The notes beneath the pieces are model-generated. The model saw only the letters and a list, made by a program, of their open reading frames with translations, had not been told where the DNA came from and searched no databases. Positions 1 through 12,909 of a stretch of 64,000 nt of DNA are shown here, in pieces. Both the position numbers and the translations under genes were made by a program. The first letter of the stretch is position 1. Every line of letters begins with the position of its first letter. Source of the DNA: Octopus vulgaris (lineage: Eukaryota); NCBI GenBank assembly GCA_951406725.2, contig OX597822.1, positions 36,332,001-36,396,000 on the forward strand, read 5' to 3'.

Positions 1-310
1 TCCATGTCTAACACACGTGGGAATGCCTACAAAGTCAGAAAACAGCACAGCTCCCATGACTTTCGGAAACATTTTTTCACTCAGAGTTGCTGAAGCATGG
101 AACAAACTACCTGCATCAGTTGTTAGTTGCTGAGACATTGCATCCTTTAAAACCTCTATGCTTCCTGAAACACTACACCTCATATTCCCCCCTCCATACG
201 CATGCACACATTTATATCATGACTCATACTGTTCACTTTCCTGACCTTTGTACATAATTCTAAGTACTGTACATGCACATTTGATGAATTGCAGTGCACC
301 TGAGCACTAC
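1..310 (+). mobile_element. CR1-like LINE 3' end
   Basis: Reads RGNAYKVRKQHSSHDFRKHFF / RVAEAWNKLPASVV..SFK, the typical CR1 ORF2 C-terminus, with a frameshift and a stop. Confidence 0.75.
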
Positions 311-327
311 ACACACACACACACAAT

Positions 328-700
328 CATCATCATCATTGTCGTTTAATGTCCACTTTCCATGCTGACATGGGTTGGTCGGTTTGACTGAGGACTGGTG
401 AGCCAGAAGGCTGCACCAGGCTCCAAAGTGATCTGGTAAAGTTTCTACAGCCTGATGCCCTCCTTAACGCCAACTACTCAGAGAGTGTAGTGGGTGCTTT
501 TACATGCCACCAGCATGAGGGCCAGTGAGGTGATTCTGGCAACGACCATACTCAAAAGGTGTTTTTACGTGCTGCCTGCACAGGAGCCAGTCCAGTGGCA
601 CTGGCAACGACCACACTCGAATGCTGTTTTTCACGTGCCAGTAAGGCGACGCTGGCAATGATCACTCTCAAATGGTGCTTTTTACGTGCCACCCACGCCA
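328..700 (-). mobile_element. 5'-truncated RTE LINE 3' UTR (GAT-tailed family)
   Basis: Tail ccaacccatg..gcatggaaagtggacattaaacga(tga)n with internal ~60-bp repeats. More than 15 copies in the window, e.g. ~4790, 13790, 23270, 24340, 30036, 30365, 36540, 37715, 58810, 60590. Confidence 0.75.
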
Positions 701-1113
701 TCAGTTTTATTAATGATAGAAAATAGCATATCAAAACAATGAGAAAAACCATTGTTAATTTAAACAATTGAGTAAATATATGTACGTAGATAGAATTGAA
801 GCACTTGAACATTCAGACATGGTTATAATATTTCAGTTAAAAATATTATCATCTATGAGACATGCTAGTCATGCACTGCATGTCTGTTGATTTCTATGTA
901 ACTCAAAAATCAATTGAAGAACGTAATGTATTTATAACCACATAGAAAAGTTGTCCAAATCATTGGAAACTGAGCTAGTTACTTTGTTTCAAAGGAAACC
1001 CATCCAGATTGATACTTCGCTGTGTTTTCGTTTTGCTTCCACTAGGCATGCTTAAAGAAAAAGGCATATGAAATCTTTTGTCCCCACCTTCCTATTTTTC
1101 AATAACTATCATT

Positions 1114-1382
1114 TCAATGCCTGTAAGATTCTTTTATAACTACAGAAGACATGCTTTCAGAAAAAGCATGTTCTGGCTTCCCCTCCCTTTCTATCAGTTC
1201 TTCTTTGTCAACAATTCTTAATGGTTGAATGGGTTTGACTTTTTGTTCTGACCAAAACATATCAACAATCCCATAATTCTTAATTGGTCTGCTTAAATGT
1301 TGCCATGACTTAGGAATATCTATTTCCCTCTGTTTTGAAATTATTATCATTAACCATCCTTTCTGTATTGAACAAAAAAATT
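1114..1382 (-). CDS. Candidate alternative terminal exon of the DPF gene
   Basis: tatttctgatttcag acceptor at 1383. The phase-1 junction joins in frame to ~89 codons (EFFCSIQKGW...KESYRH*) of non-repetitive sequence. Confidence 0.35.
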
Positions 1383-1859
1383 CTGAAATCAGAAATATAA
1401 TATAGCTAAAATTATTTCGTGACAAAGTGAAATTAAAGTGTTTTTATTTTTTTGCGCAACTGAAAGTGTTTTTGTCTACAAAATGAAACTTGAAAGTTAC
1501 GAAAAATTGAGAGCAGAAATAACAGCTAAATCTCCAACAAACTCTTTTTTTGCAACTTTGTCATTTTACTGTGGAAATTGAAATTTTTGAAGTTGTGATT
1601 TTTGTTAATTTTGTTTTTGAGAATTGGAATCTCCATAGCCGAAAACGCAGGTTTTCATGTGCGCCAAGTATTTATTGCATGACCAGCCTCAGAAGTCACC
1701 ACACACCACTGATATATATATATATCATCATCATCATCTAACATCTGTTTTCTATGCTAGCATGGGTTGGACGGTTTTGACTGAGGGTCCAATCCATGCT
1801 AGCATGGAAAACGGACGTTAAATGATGATGATGATGATGATATATATATATATGTATCA

Positions 1860-1895
<36 letters not shown>

Positions 1896-3364
1896 TGCAT
1901 GTGCACACACAAAATATTCACTTTTCCATGCTCACACAGGTCAGGCAGATTTTGTATGGTTGGATGCAGTTCCTGTTGTCAAACCACACTTATTTCCAGG
2001 TAAAGCAATATTTCATCATGCCCAGACATGTTTTTATGGATGATTGGAAACAAAGAACCCCTCTTGTACAACAGTGATACTCACTCAGTTTTTACCTGAT
2101 GTCAAGGCAAGGAGAGAGAGTAAAGCACTCACTCACAGACACACACACATACACATTATATGTGTATGTGGAGGCCCATAGCTTACTGGTTAGGGTTTTG
2201 GACTATGACTATAAAATTGTGACTTCAATTCCTGGACCAGGCAAAGCATTGTGTTCTTGAGCAAAATACTTCTTTGCATGTTGCTCTAGTCCACCTGGCT
2301 GGTAAAAATGAGTAATGCTATAATAGATCAGTGTCCCAGCTAGTGGGGAATATATGCACTATGGAAACCAGCCCTATGAGTGTATATGACTCGCGAAGGA
2401 TTTCTATCTTTTACGTGTGTGTGTGTGTGTGTGGTGTGTATATATAAAAATATACACACACACATACTTATCTACCTACATGCATGCATGCATACATGTG
2501 GGTTTCTTTCAGTTTCTGTCAACCAAATCTAATCACGAGGCTTTGGTAAGCCTTGGGCTGGAGAAGAAAACACTTGTGCAAGGTGCCAATCCATGCTTGT
2601 TTATGTTGTTTATGTATGTGTGTGTGTGTGTGCATGCATATATCCAGTATTTTGCCTTTCGGGGTTCATTAAATAAGTACCAGTTATGCATTGGAGTCGA
2701 TGTAATCGACTTAATTCCTTTGTCTGTCCCCTCTATGTTTAGCCCCTTGTGGGCAGTAAAGAAATAAGAGAGCTTTATTGTGAGGAGATAAAATATGAGT
2801 GGTAATAGTGGCTTTATAGAGGCTTTTGACTGCTATTTTTAAACATGTATGGGTTTTTCAAACACTCTCCATTATAATTGTGAGTTATTCATAATTATAA
2901 ACACTCTTCTTTTATCTAATTCATTATTACATGTTTGGCCATTGCTTTATTCATAAATAATTATTAATAGTTTACAACATATCCTTCATAATGTATTTTT
3001 ACATTTTTTTAATTATTTAATTTTCTCATTCATATACGGTATTTTGCTGTGGCTTGATTTACTGGTCTTTTCTCATAAACGCTGTGCATGACGGAATTCA
3101 GAATTTGAACATGTAGATAGAGGTTGACACATTATTCTTGCCAGTCGGGATATATGTAAGCCCAAAGGTATGATTTTGTATGAATTTGTATCTATAAGAA
3201 TATTCTCCTGGTGAGAGGAATGGGACTGTTATATTGTTTATATCTACTATTTTATGATACGGTATATAACATGGCATAATAAGTTCCTAACTTCGAAATT
3301 GCAATAGAGAATTAACCTTTTCTTCTTATTTATTGATAGACAAACAGACAGACAGATAGATATA

Positions 3365-3535
3365 TGAGGATGCCTTTACCTCTGTTTGGCAACTAAAAGT
3401 TTCTTTCTCTGAGTGAAAGGAAGATTTTATAATGCTTGTGTCCAAACTGCAATGTTACATAATAATGAGACATGGGTCCTAAATGCAGAGGACATGTGAA
3501 GGCTAGAGAGGAATGAAACTAGTAAGCTCCATTAA
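3365..3535 (+). mobile_element. RTE LINE ORF fragment (degenerate)
   Basis: Decayed LPL..KG.SL.VKGR.Y.ACV...NETWVLNAEDM*RLERNE signature. A similar fragment lies at ~21120-21210. Confidence 0.6.
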
Positions 3536-4039
3536 ATCCACATTCATCTCTGCTATATTCCATCTATCCATCCTTATACCTCTTTCAACCCCTATCTCTC
3601 CCAATGCCCAAACATGTATAACGTAAAACCCTACCCTTGAGCCACTCCTATATTGCCCACCTTCAATTACTACAGCCACATCTATCCCATCTATCTACCT
3701 TCCCCCACCCAGTTCAATCTTCTGTATCACTTCACTTATATGCTCCACCACTGTGCCTTGAGAGTATGTCCTGACACATACACCACCATGTCTCCCACTC
3801 TCCATCTCTATCTTTCTCATTAAGTCTCCTTCTCCCTTCTTGACCAACTGGGATATCCTTGTATCTCTTCTGCAGCCAGACACCTATATTTGCCCCTCTA
3901 TTATTTCGTTAATGTCTCATTAACTGGCACAATGCTACCCCCTCCTCCCCCAGTCAATGGAACATTGTTTTGTCTTGCCTCTTACTTGGTGCTCTCTTCT
4001 CCAGGGCACCCTTCATTTTGTCAGTAATACCTCTGACTT

Positions 4040-4362
4040 GGTGAAGCATGGCTCAGTGGTTAGAGTGTAATGAGTTTGATTCCAAGACTGGGTTGTGTGT
4101 TGTGTTTTTGAACAAGACACTTCATTTCACGTTGTTCCAGTTCACTCAACCGTAGAAATGAGTTGTGGCATCATTGGTGCCAAGCTGTATCCATCTTTCC
4201 CATTCCCTTGGATAACATCAGTGGTGTGGAAGGGAAGGCTGGTATGTGTAGGTGACTGCTGGTCTTTCATAAACAACCCTGCCTGGACTTATGCCTTGGA
4301 GGGGAACTTTCTAGGTGCAATCCCATGATCATTCATGACTGATGGGGTCTTTACCTTTTACC
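4040..4362 (+). mobile_element. tRNA-derived SINE (third family)
   Basis: A box tggctcagtggttagag, B-box-like gagtttgattcc and a ttgaacaagacact..ttgttccag core. Related copy at ~2170-2400. Confidence 0.6.
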
Positions 4363-5101
4363 TATGACTTTGGTCCTAGCAATGTTCATCTCTCTCACAT
4401 ACTACCCCAATTCACTTCACATCATCCTTGCTGCCACATACTATCAAGTCATGATGGACCTTGCCTCCACCCGTGTTCACTACTAACTGCACCTCTCTCT
4501 ACCCATCTCCCATTCACCTCTCACACCACCATAAACTTACCTATCTACCTATATCACTTCTCTTTATTCACCTTCCAGTAAGTTGAGGGTATGCCCTGAC
4601 AAATCTTCACGGCCGTTCTCTTCTAACTGGGGTAATCATGTATCTCCCTGACTGCAAGACACCTGTTCCTATCCTCACCATTTTTTTAACCTCTCATCAC
4701 CTAGCATAAAACCACCTCTCTCAACATACTTCCCCCACCAACCTCAGTTGAGGGGCCTTGTCTTATGAGATACTTGATAACCTTATCAGTACCAGTAGCA
4801 TGTAAAAACTCACCCACTCTCTAAAGTGGCTGGTTGTAGCAACAGCATTCAACCATACAAACCATGCTAAAGCAGACAATGGAGCTTGGCGCAGTTCCGA
4901 CTTGCCAACACCTGCTGAATCATCCAACCCATGCCAGCAAGGAAAAACATACATTAAAATGATGATGAATAACTGAAGATGTCAGATTCTTCCTGAATAA
5001 CACCAACTATGGTTTGTAAATAAACTTAGATCTTAGAAAGTCAAATACAAGAGGGTAAGAAAAAAAAAATGAAGGAAAAGAATAAGAATATAAACCATTA
5101 C

Positions 5102-5180
5102 CTTCGCAACAGTATGGCTTGTCTTTATCATCAATTGGTGTAGATTCTTTGTCAACTTTCCTTCTGCCTCGCCCGCCTCC
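5102..5180 (-). CDS. DPF2: d4/DPF exon leading into the C2H2 zinc finger
   Basis: Poly-T-gtcag acceptor and G|GTAATG donor. Encodes GGGRGRRKVDKESTPIDDKDKPYCCE (cf. DKPYACD preceding the DPF C2H2 finger). Confidence 0.9.
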
Positions 5181-5789
5181 CTGACAAAAAAAAAAAGTGA
5201 ATTAAAAAAATCATTGCATTGTCAGTAAATACATATAGAAGAAATGTTAACATTACTTATTTAGCATACTAAAGAGAGGGGAAAAAAAAGAAGGATTGAT
5301 AATTGTCAGTATTCTTTCTAAGTGAAATTATCTTACAGAATGTATGTTGTTACATCCATATGATTGTTTTATACAAAACAAGATGCTGTAATTTAGCAAG
5401 AAAAAAATTTTTGAAACAATTTATTTAATCTCATGTAGAATAGAATGTATTTTGAGATTCTACTAAGACTTGAATCTACAAATAAGCTACAATGGCAACT
5501 ACAATATCAGTTCACATAAAAAAATATTTTTTTAAAACTATTTATACTGTGTGGAAGCTCCAGACAAATACAAAAAAAAATATTACTCAAATACTGCTTA
5601 AACCTTTTTCATCAACAGCTATCACTATGAAAGCTTGCAAGTATTTTAAACAAATGTACCAGTAATTCACACAAACATTCCTTTTTGCAGAACAATGAAA
5701 GTCATTTTAGCATAGAGAAAGGTGATAAAAATCAACAATTTACAAGGTTATTATCACTAATTATTAACAAGTTAAATATTTATACACAC

Positions 5790-5995
5790 TTTTTTCTTTT
5801 TCTTCCGTATAATCTCTTCATAATCACTTATGTCTGAATGATAATCCACACCTTCTCCAACATCAGGCGGCTCACTAATATTTTCCACTTCTTCATACCA
5901 TTTATCTTTACTGTTTTCACTTTTTAAATCTTCGCGATCATCATCATCTCCACGTCGAATAGCTGGGTTTTCAATGGCACTAATTTGATGCATGT
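5790..5995 (-). CDS. DPF2: d4/DPF exon, acidic linker and basic patch
   Basis: ttttgtttccag acceptor, phase 1 in and phase 0 out. Encodes DMHQISAIENPAIRRGDDDDRED...SDYEEIIRKKKKK. AAA|GTGTGT donor is in phase with the next exon. Confidence 0.85.
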
Positions 5996-7549
5996 CTGGA
6001 AACAAAATTTAATATCATTACAGCCAAAAATTGAAATAAATAAATGTAATATAAATAACTGAATAATGTAATATTTCTGTTTTTGTGAGACACCTTAAAA
6101 ACAATAGCAGTATTTAATTGTAACAAACATTATGGTAAGTGACCACAATTATTAATTTCAAATTAATAATTACAAAATTCAAGAATATAAATTAAACACA
6201 CATAGGAATAAATTAATTTACATTGCAACTCTACTGACTGATTAAATATCCATGTATTTTAGTACAAAGAAAAGTCCAATGGCATCGAAGAAAGCCATTT
6301 CTTTAATTATTCACTATAGCGGTATTATTTGTTAATGTAAAACCTATATAAAATTTTATATCACTGCAATAATTTCTCAAAAGTTTTATGAAAGACAAAA
6401 CTTAAAAGTAAATTAATTTTAAGGAACTCTAGAGTAAGAATATAATAATTTATTAGTGTATTCTTCGGTCTAAGTAGCATAATATTTATACTGGGTAGCC
6501 TGAGACAGCAACCCATTCATAGTTTTATTGAATGATTCCAAGATATAAACATTTTCTCCAATCATGTTATATAACTGGATTAATTCTAAGGTTTTTGGTT
6601 GTTAAATTAAATGAAAGTCTCTAAAATCAATGCAGATAGATGATAAAATGTAAGAAATGATTTCTATAATTTTTCTTCATTAGAATGCCTATGTAATTAA
6701 ATTCAGTTTCATTTAAGTCAAAAGAAATTTCATGATAAAACACATTTTGTTTTATAACATCAGGCTACAATATTAATTTCTATCCCACTCTACAGTACCT
6801 TGGACATGTATTTTACTATAGCCTCATGGTTTCTAATACTTTCTGAGTGAAATCTTGTGGACAGACACTATGTGAATGCCTGTCGTATATGTATATCTTT
6901 TGTTGATATGTATCAGCAAGATAACTAATAAGCTAGTATATTCAAACAAAAATACCATATGGTATTTTATCTGCCTGAGATGCAGACACACCCTTCTTAC
7001 TTACAAATAAATTTTTTAAATGCTATGAACTGGAAACCAACAATACTGTATCATTCAAAAAATGTATAATATAAATTAATAAAATAATTCCAATGTAGGG
7101 TTTATTGGTAATTAGAAATATTAACATTAGAAGTTTATATTAAGTAACAGAATACTGCGAAGAATATTAGCAATGAAATCTAAAAAGCAATTTAGTAATT
7201 TGAGATATTTTAGTGGCTGTAGAAAATGCTAAAGCGATAGTGATAATGTTACCATATTCATAGTAAAGAAGTAGTTTGGAGCTGAAAATTCAAGATTTTA
7301 TTAAATGCACTGATTATAATTTTAAAAAGTATTATTAAAATATTTGATATAGAAGTAATGATGGTAGCAAGGATAATAAATTTTTGTTTTTCATTAATAC
7401 ACAAACATAAGATGAAGTTTTAACATACCTCTACATTCTAAAGCTAAAACTAAAGTTTAATACATCCTTATCAGTGTGTGTATGTTGTGTGTGGTTGTGC
7501 TGTGTCTGTGTGTGTACATGTGTGTGTTGTCAGAGCTAAATGAACTTAC

Positions 7550-7591
7550 CCAATGACTGAGCAACAGGAAGGCACCACCAGGACTTGTACC
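7550..7591 (-). CDS. Candidate 42-nt in-frame cassette exon of the DPF gene
   Basis: tctttgttactag acceptor, consensus G|GTAAGT donor, symmetric phase 1, no stop (GYKSWWCLPVAQSL). No homology support. Confidence 0.3.
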
Positions 7592-7886
7592 CTAGTAACA
7601 AAGATTCAGAACTGAATGCAGGAACTAAACTATTATCTCGAACATATGGGTATGTTGTAAATTTACAACTGAATAGTATTGTAAAACTTGACAATAAATG
7701 ACTTAAAGCCAATTAAAGAAAGTATATATTTATAATATGACATGAAAAAAATATTTCAAGCTAAATAAAATATAATACAAAGTTTACACAATTAAAAATC
7801 AGGTAAAACATTCCAAAAGAACTACACAAGAGAATTGTCTAAAAACTAAATACATCACATGTGGAAGATACAGAAGTAAATTTTAA

Positions 7887-8122
7887 CCCTTTAACATTTC
7901 AATCAGACATGTCTGGCTCAAATATTCTAGTAGTTTTGCATTCAAAACTGCCAGATCTGGCCTCTCACAACTATCCTACAATGTATTTCTAAAGATAAAC
8001 AATGACATCATTGAAATCTTAAAGCTACAAGGTAATGCATAATTAATACAAAATGGCCTTGATGATGATGAATGTGAATAAATAAGTATTATATTTGACA
8101 GAGTAATTTGAATGCTAAAGTG
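7887..8122. mobile_element. piggyBac-type MITE
   Basis: TTAA flanks and CCCTTTARCATT-like TIRs. A second family copy lies at 58377-58596. Confidence 0.7.
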
Positions 8123-9524
8123 TTAATCCAGAATGGAACAAAAAATACAACAGAATAAATTATCAGGTAGGGTATTTAAATATTAAAGTAAAACAATATT
8201 ACAAAATTCCTTGTTGGATGATATTTGGGAAACCAGGATAAAATTTATTTTTAAAGTGATTAGAAGGTAGTAGAATACAAAAATAATGGAATCTAAATTG
8301 AAAGAATAAAGAAAAATTAACAATCAATAATATATTCATTTGAGAGGATGCCAAAATATTCATTTCAAATTTTGGAACAAGATGAGCAATCTCAGGTGAG
8401 GGGGTAAGTTGATTACATCAACCCCAATACTCAATTGGTACTAATTTTATCAACCCCAAAAGGATGAAAGCCTAAGTCAGCCTTGGTGGAGTTTGAACTC
8501 AGAACATGAAGATGAATGAAATGCTGTTAAGCATTCCACCCAGTTGATAACAATTCTGCCAGCTGGTCACCATAGAGGATGCCAAACTATTGCTTGACAG
8601 CTTGTGTTGGCTGCTTCCTGTCTCCCTAGTGTAGACAGTCCACCTTATACACTAAGGTAGTGATCACTATTGTAAAATAAAGTATGTATTTAACAAGGTT
8701 GGGGGTGGGTGAGAATTAGCTCATGAATGGATTAGGATCAGTGTTATAGCACCAATACCAATCTCCTTGTGAGTTTGCTAAAACAGGAAACCAATCTACT
8801 ATAACTGTCTTAAAATATTTAGTACCTCTTTTTGTTGATGCTAATTATCCATACCTGGATATTTTCAACTATGAAAAGACAAGCCATTGACTATTTGTTA
8901 CGCTTGCATGAGCTGAATAAAATATTTTAAAATAGTAAATGGTTAGTTTCTGTTTTACACAATTATTGCTTAAAGGAAATGAGCTGGTATAAGTTCTGTA
9001 ATTTAAAGCAAAGAGATGATGTAGGTTATGTTATTTTAAGCAAATAAAAGAGTCATCTTGGAAAATTACATGAATGTGTAGGTTTATCAAAGGACAACTC
9101 TGACCAGATTTGAGCTTGAAGACATGAATTGATTATCGGTTTTGTCAAGCAATCAACCAATTAATGTGGCATGTCATCCACAAGTTGCATCTTTCTTTTG
9201 TAGTAGTAAATTTGATATATTTTATAGATTTTTGGAACAAAATAAAATTTAAAAGAAACGAGCTACAAAATCATTAATATCCAAATTTGACATGGAGGAA
9301 ACAAACATATATATATATAATTAAAATGGTAAAAGAAAATTTGAAGGCCATTAGGAACTAGAAATTAAAAACATACCTATTAATTTGCAGAGAAAGGTTA
9401 AAAAGAGAGTTAGATGTGAAGTATGAGAAGATTTGAAAAAGCAGATGAAGAGAAGCATCCAGCTGTAAAATTAATCTAAGTCTTAGGCATTTTGAATGAA
9501 ATGAAATAAATATTGACTCCATAC

Positions 9525-9644
9525 CTGCTTCTCCAGTTTCTATATCACCAGCTCGGGCCATCCTCACTTCAGTGGGGAAAAACGCCCGCTTTCTTTTCTT
9601 CCATCTTCTGGCAGGATAAGAATACAGTTGTCCTTGATTTTCAC
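9525..9644 (-). CDS. DPF2: d4/DPF exon 3
   Basis: Phase 1-1, 120 nt. Encodes GENQGQLYSYPARRWKKRKRAFFPTEVRMARAGDIETGEA, matching the conserved GQLYxYPARRWRKKRR NLS segment. G|GTATGG donor. Confidence 0.93.
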
Positions 9645-9838
9645 CTTTAATTATTAAGCAAAAAAATTAGCATTAAAAGGAAATGTTTTGTTCAGAGTTA
9701 TTCAATTAAATACTACCTCGAGAAAATTTTAATAGTTATTTTTAAAATTAAACAATACTGGAAAGCAGCATAAAATATTAAAAAAAAAAAAAGCTCTAAC
9801 GGTTGAAATATAGTAAAATGGCTTAAAATATAGCTTAC

Positions 9839-10002
9839 CAGGGCATCTGTTTATATACTGCTGCCACAGAGTAGTGTGATTTTGAGCCACACCTGTCTGG
9901 GAATCCAGAAAAGGTTGTCTCATTTTTCTTTCAAGAGATATTCGAGTATTTAAACTTGCAGTTTGTTCAGCAGCTTCTTTCAAAAATTGTTCACTGACAA
10001 TA
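9839..10002 (-). CDS. DPF2: d4/DPF exon 2, Requiem_N domain
   Basis: tttgtag acceptor and G|GTAAGC donor. Encodes IVSEQFLKEAAEQTASLNTRISLERKMRQPFLDSQTGVAQNHTTLWQQYINRCP; PFLDSQTGVAQ is the DPF1-3/requiem hallmark. Confidence 0.95.
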
Positions 10003-12329
10003 CTACAAATGAAAAGATTGAAAAACAGCTACGTCAAAAATTTTTAATTTTCAAAATTGGGTTTATGAGGTCGTAGTAAGATAAATAAAATGCAGAGAAT
10101 ACAATGTTTACTTATAGTCATTAGAATAAAAGAATTAAAATCAACTTCTAAGGCTGTAAATATAATAAAATGAACCAAATGGGATGAGAGAAATGAGATT
10201 GTTTTATATCAATGGCATCAAGGTATGACCAAGATAAATGATTTGCCATAATAAGGTTTCATATACAAACTGTGTTGTCTATCAAACCAATAGGCATGTT
10301 TTAAGTGGTCACTGAAAGTCTAAGCAATAGCAGCCAAAATGCCCTTAAATTATACTCTATCATTGCAAAAAAAAAAATCTCCAAAACCTACAGTCAGAAT
10401 GAAAGTCAAAACCAGAATGATTTTGATCATATATCTGCGCAATTAAGACAAGCTTATTGTTAAACAACAGCATATGTCAATGGTGTGATAAATAGGTTCA
10501 CAAAGAATAAAAAATCAAAGTTTTAAATACACAAGACTTCTCTGAGGGTTTATTGGTGAGGAGGTAGTGACATCTGTTACAATAGTTGATGTAACTGGGG
10601 ATGTGAGCAAAACTATAAACAATATTGTAGAGCAGGTACAGAGTATGTTTTTGATTTTATTGGCAATTAACTGTCGCTCAAAAGAAAAAGTTGACTATGT
10701 GTGGTGCTGCACATCAATGAAACAAGGCAAAATGAAATCAGGAGACTTAGTAACTATAGAAGATGACGATGATACAGACTTAGGTGAGTTAAAGACATTA
10801 CTGTATAACAGAAGAATTACTCAGAGTATGTAAAAGAAAGAACTGCACTGAAATGAATTCATTTGTTCATTTTTAAGTCTCTTTTCCCAATGTTAGCATG
10901 GTTTGGATGAATATTTAATACTGAGGCAGTATTTTATAGTGGTCACTCTTTGTATCACTGACCCTTCTCATTTTCAAATAAAGGACTTTTTATAACACAT
11001 ATTCAAAAGCAATGAGTTACAAAATAATTTGTTAGCAGGGAATGCCAACACAATGTCATCATTTTTCCTTAAATGGCTTCAAACGAGGCCACATGTAAAC
11101 ATTCGCACAGATACATACACCCACAAACAAAATGGACTCCCATAGAGTTTTTGCCAAGCAATTCTACCCATTGGTTGACCAGAGGTTATAGTACAAGACA
11201 CTTGCCCAATTACTACACAATGAGATAGAACTTAAAACTACAAATTCACAAAGCAAACTCTACATCCACAGTCACACTTATACCTATATGCAACACAAAT
11301 AGATGATAGCTATTAATTGAATACGTAGATCCCTGGAGCAAAACCAAAATAGATGACACCATGGAAAATTAGGTCACACTCAGAAGATGGCAAAAATAAA
11401 GATGATCAAGAGATATGTAGCTGCATTACCAAGTGTATCCCAGATTCAGGATAGGTACACCATGTTCCTACATGTCATAAGAGGCAGCTAAAAGAACTGG
11501 AGATAGAAAAGGCATTCAGCCATTAACAACTGCTTCAGAAAACCTATCCAATCCATGTCAGTATGGAAAAGCAGACATACGACAATGCTGGTAACGATCA
11601 GGGGATGTGCTATCATGAAGATCTATCTGAACAGAAAGTGTCAGTAAAGATGAGAATGTCATTTCTTATGCTGCTATGAGTGGGAAAATGGCTTCCATTT
11701 CATCAGTAGTTTCTATAATTGACAGTTTTCTCTTAGCTTCAACTTCCTTATATTGGTTCTATTTCATTATCAAACTTCCTTCATTTGAAATCTTCTGTAG
11801 TTATAAACATTACTATCTCTTTAATTATCAAACTTTTCCATACATCTTTTATTTCTCAGGCAAACTAGTGACTAATACCATTTAACTCATCTTCTTGAAC
11901 TTGGACCCAACAACCATGTCCAACCCATGACAGCATGGAAAACTAATGTAAAACAATGAGGGTGGTGGTGGTGATGGTGCTGCTCGTTGATATCTGTGAA
12001 TTATTAAGTGTTTGATTAATGAATATTAAAACTGCTCAATCACAGCTGTAACTGGTAACAAAAAAATCCTCAAAAGTGACAGTCATCACATAATTTAGAT
12101 ACTACAATACACTGGTTCTTCTTTCATTACTGATCTTATCTAAATCAGTGCTTAATAACTAATGTGTCACAAAACTAAGGTCGGAATATTTTATTTCTGA
12201 TTTTTCACATTCACAGATTAAATTTAAACAATGATTATTAATTCCATCAGCAACAGCTTATCTTCACACACTAATCTAAATACATTTTATTTAACAGCTA
12301 TAAGATGTTTTAGCTGTCTGATTAAGATG

Positions 12330-12909
12330 TTCATCTCAGAACTGAATGGTTTGCAGTTCAGTCCAATGTGCATCCTGCTTAGGTTGTAGTTTTGGGAGTT
12401 GTGGCATCAGATTGCAAAAAAAATGCCCCATCATTTTTTTCAAATTTGGTGAGAGAATCAGTGCTGATGTCTATTACAAAGTGTTAAGATATGTCCTGAT
12501 TTTGGCTTAAGGCTAATTACCCTGAACTTAATTATGTGTGGACTCAGGATGGAGTACCTGCTCATACAGTGAAGAAAGTGCAAACATTTTGCTGATTTTT
12601 GGCTCTCCTCTAGTCAGATTTGAATCTACTGGACTATTCTATTTGGGGCACTTTAGAGCAGTCTACCAATAGAGCTTCTCATCCTAGCACTGAAAACCTC
12701 AAGTTTTGAAGGAAGATTGGATCAAATTGTCTGAACTTGTAGAACTTTCAGATGCCATATCCAATTGGTGAACACATTGAATAGAACCTCTATTATAGGC
12801 AGTAATAACTTGTGTATATATAATTTTGCTATATGCTGATTCTTCCATGTACAATAAAACATTTTCAGATTTCATTTGGCTTTTCTAAGTTTTGTTTCTC
12901 TGCCCTGTA
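12330..12909 (+). mobile_element. Tc1/mariner superfamily (DD37D/maT-like) transposase relic
   Basis: Frameshifted VVVLGVVASD..YYKVL..WLKANYPELNYVWTQDGVPAHTVKKVQ..DLNLLDYSIWGTLE. Ends in ...CCCTG-TA. Confidence 0.75.
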
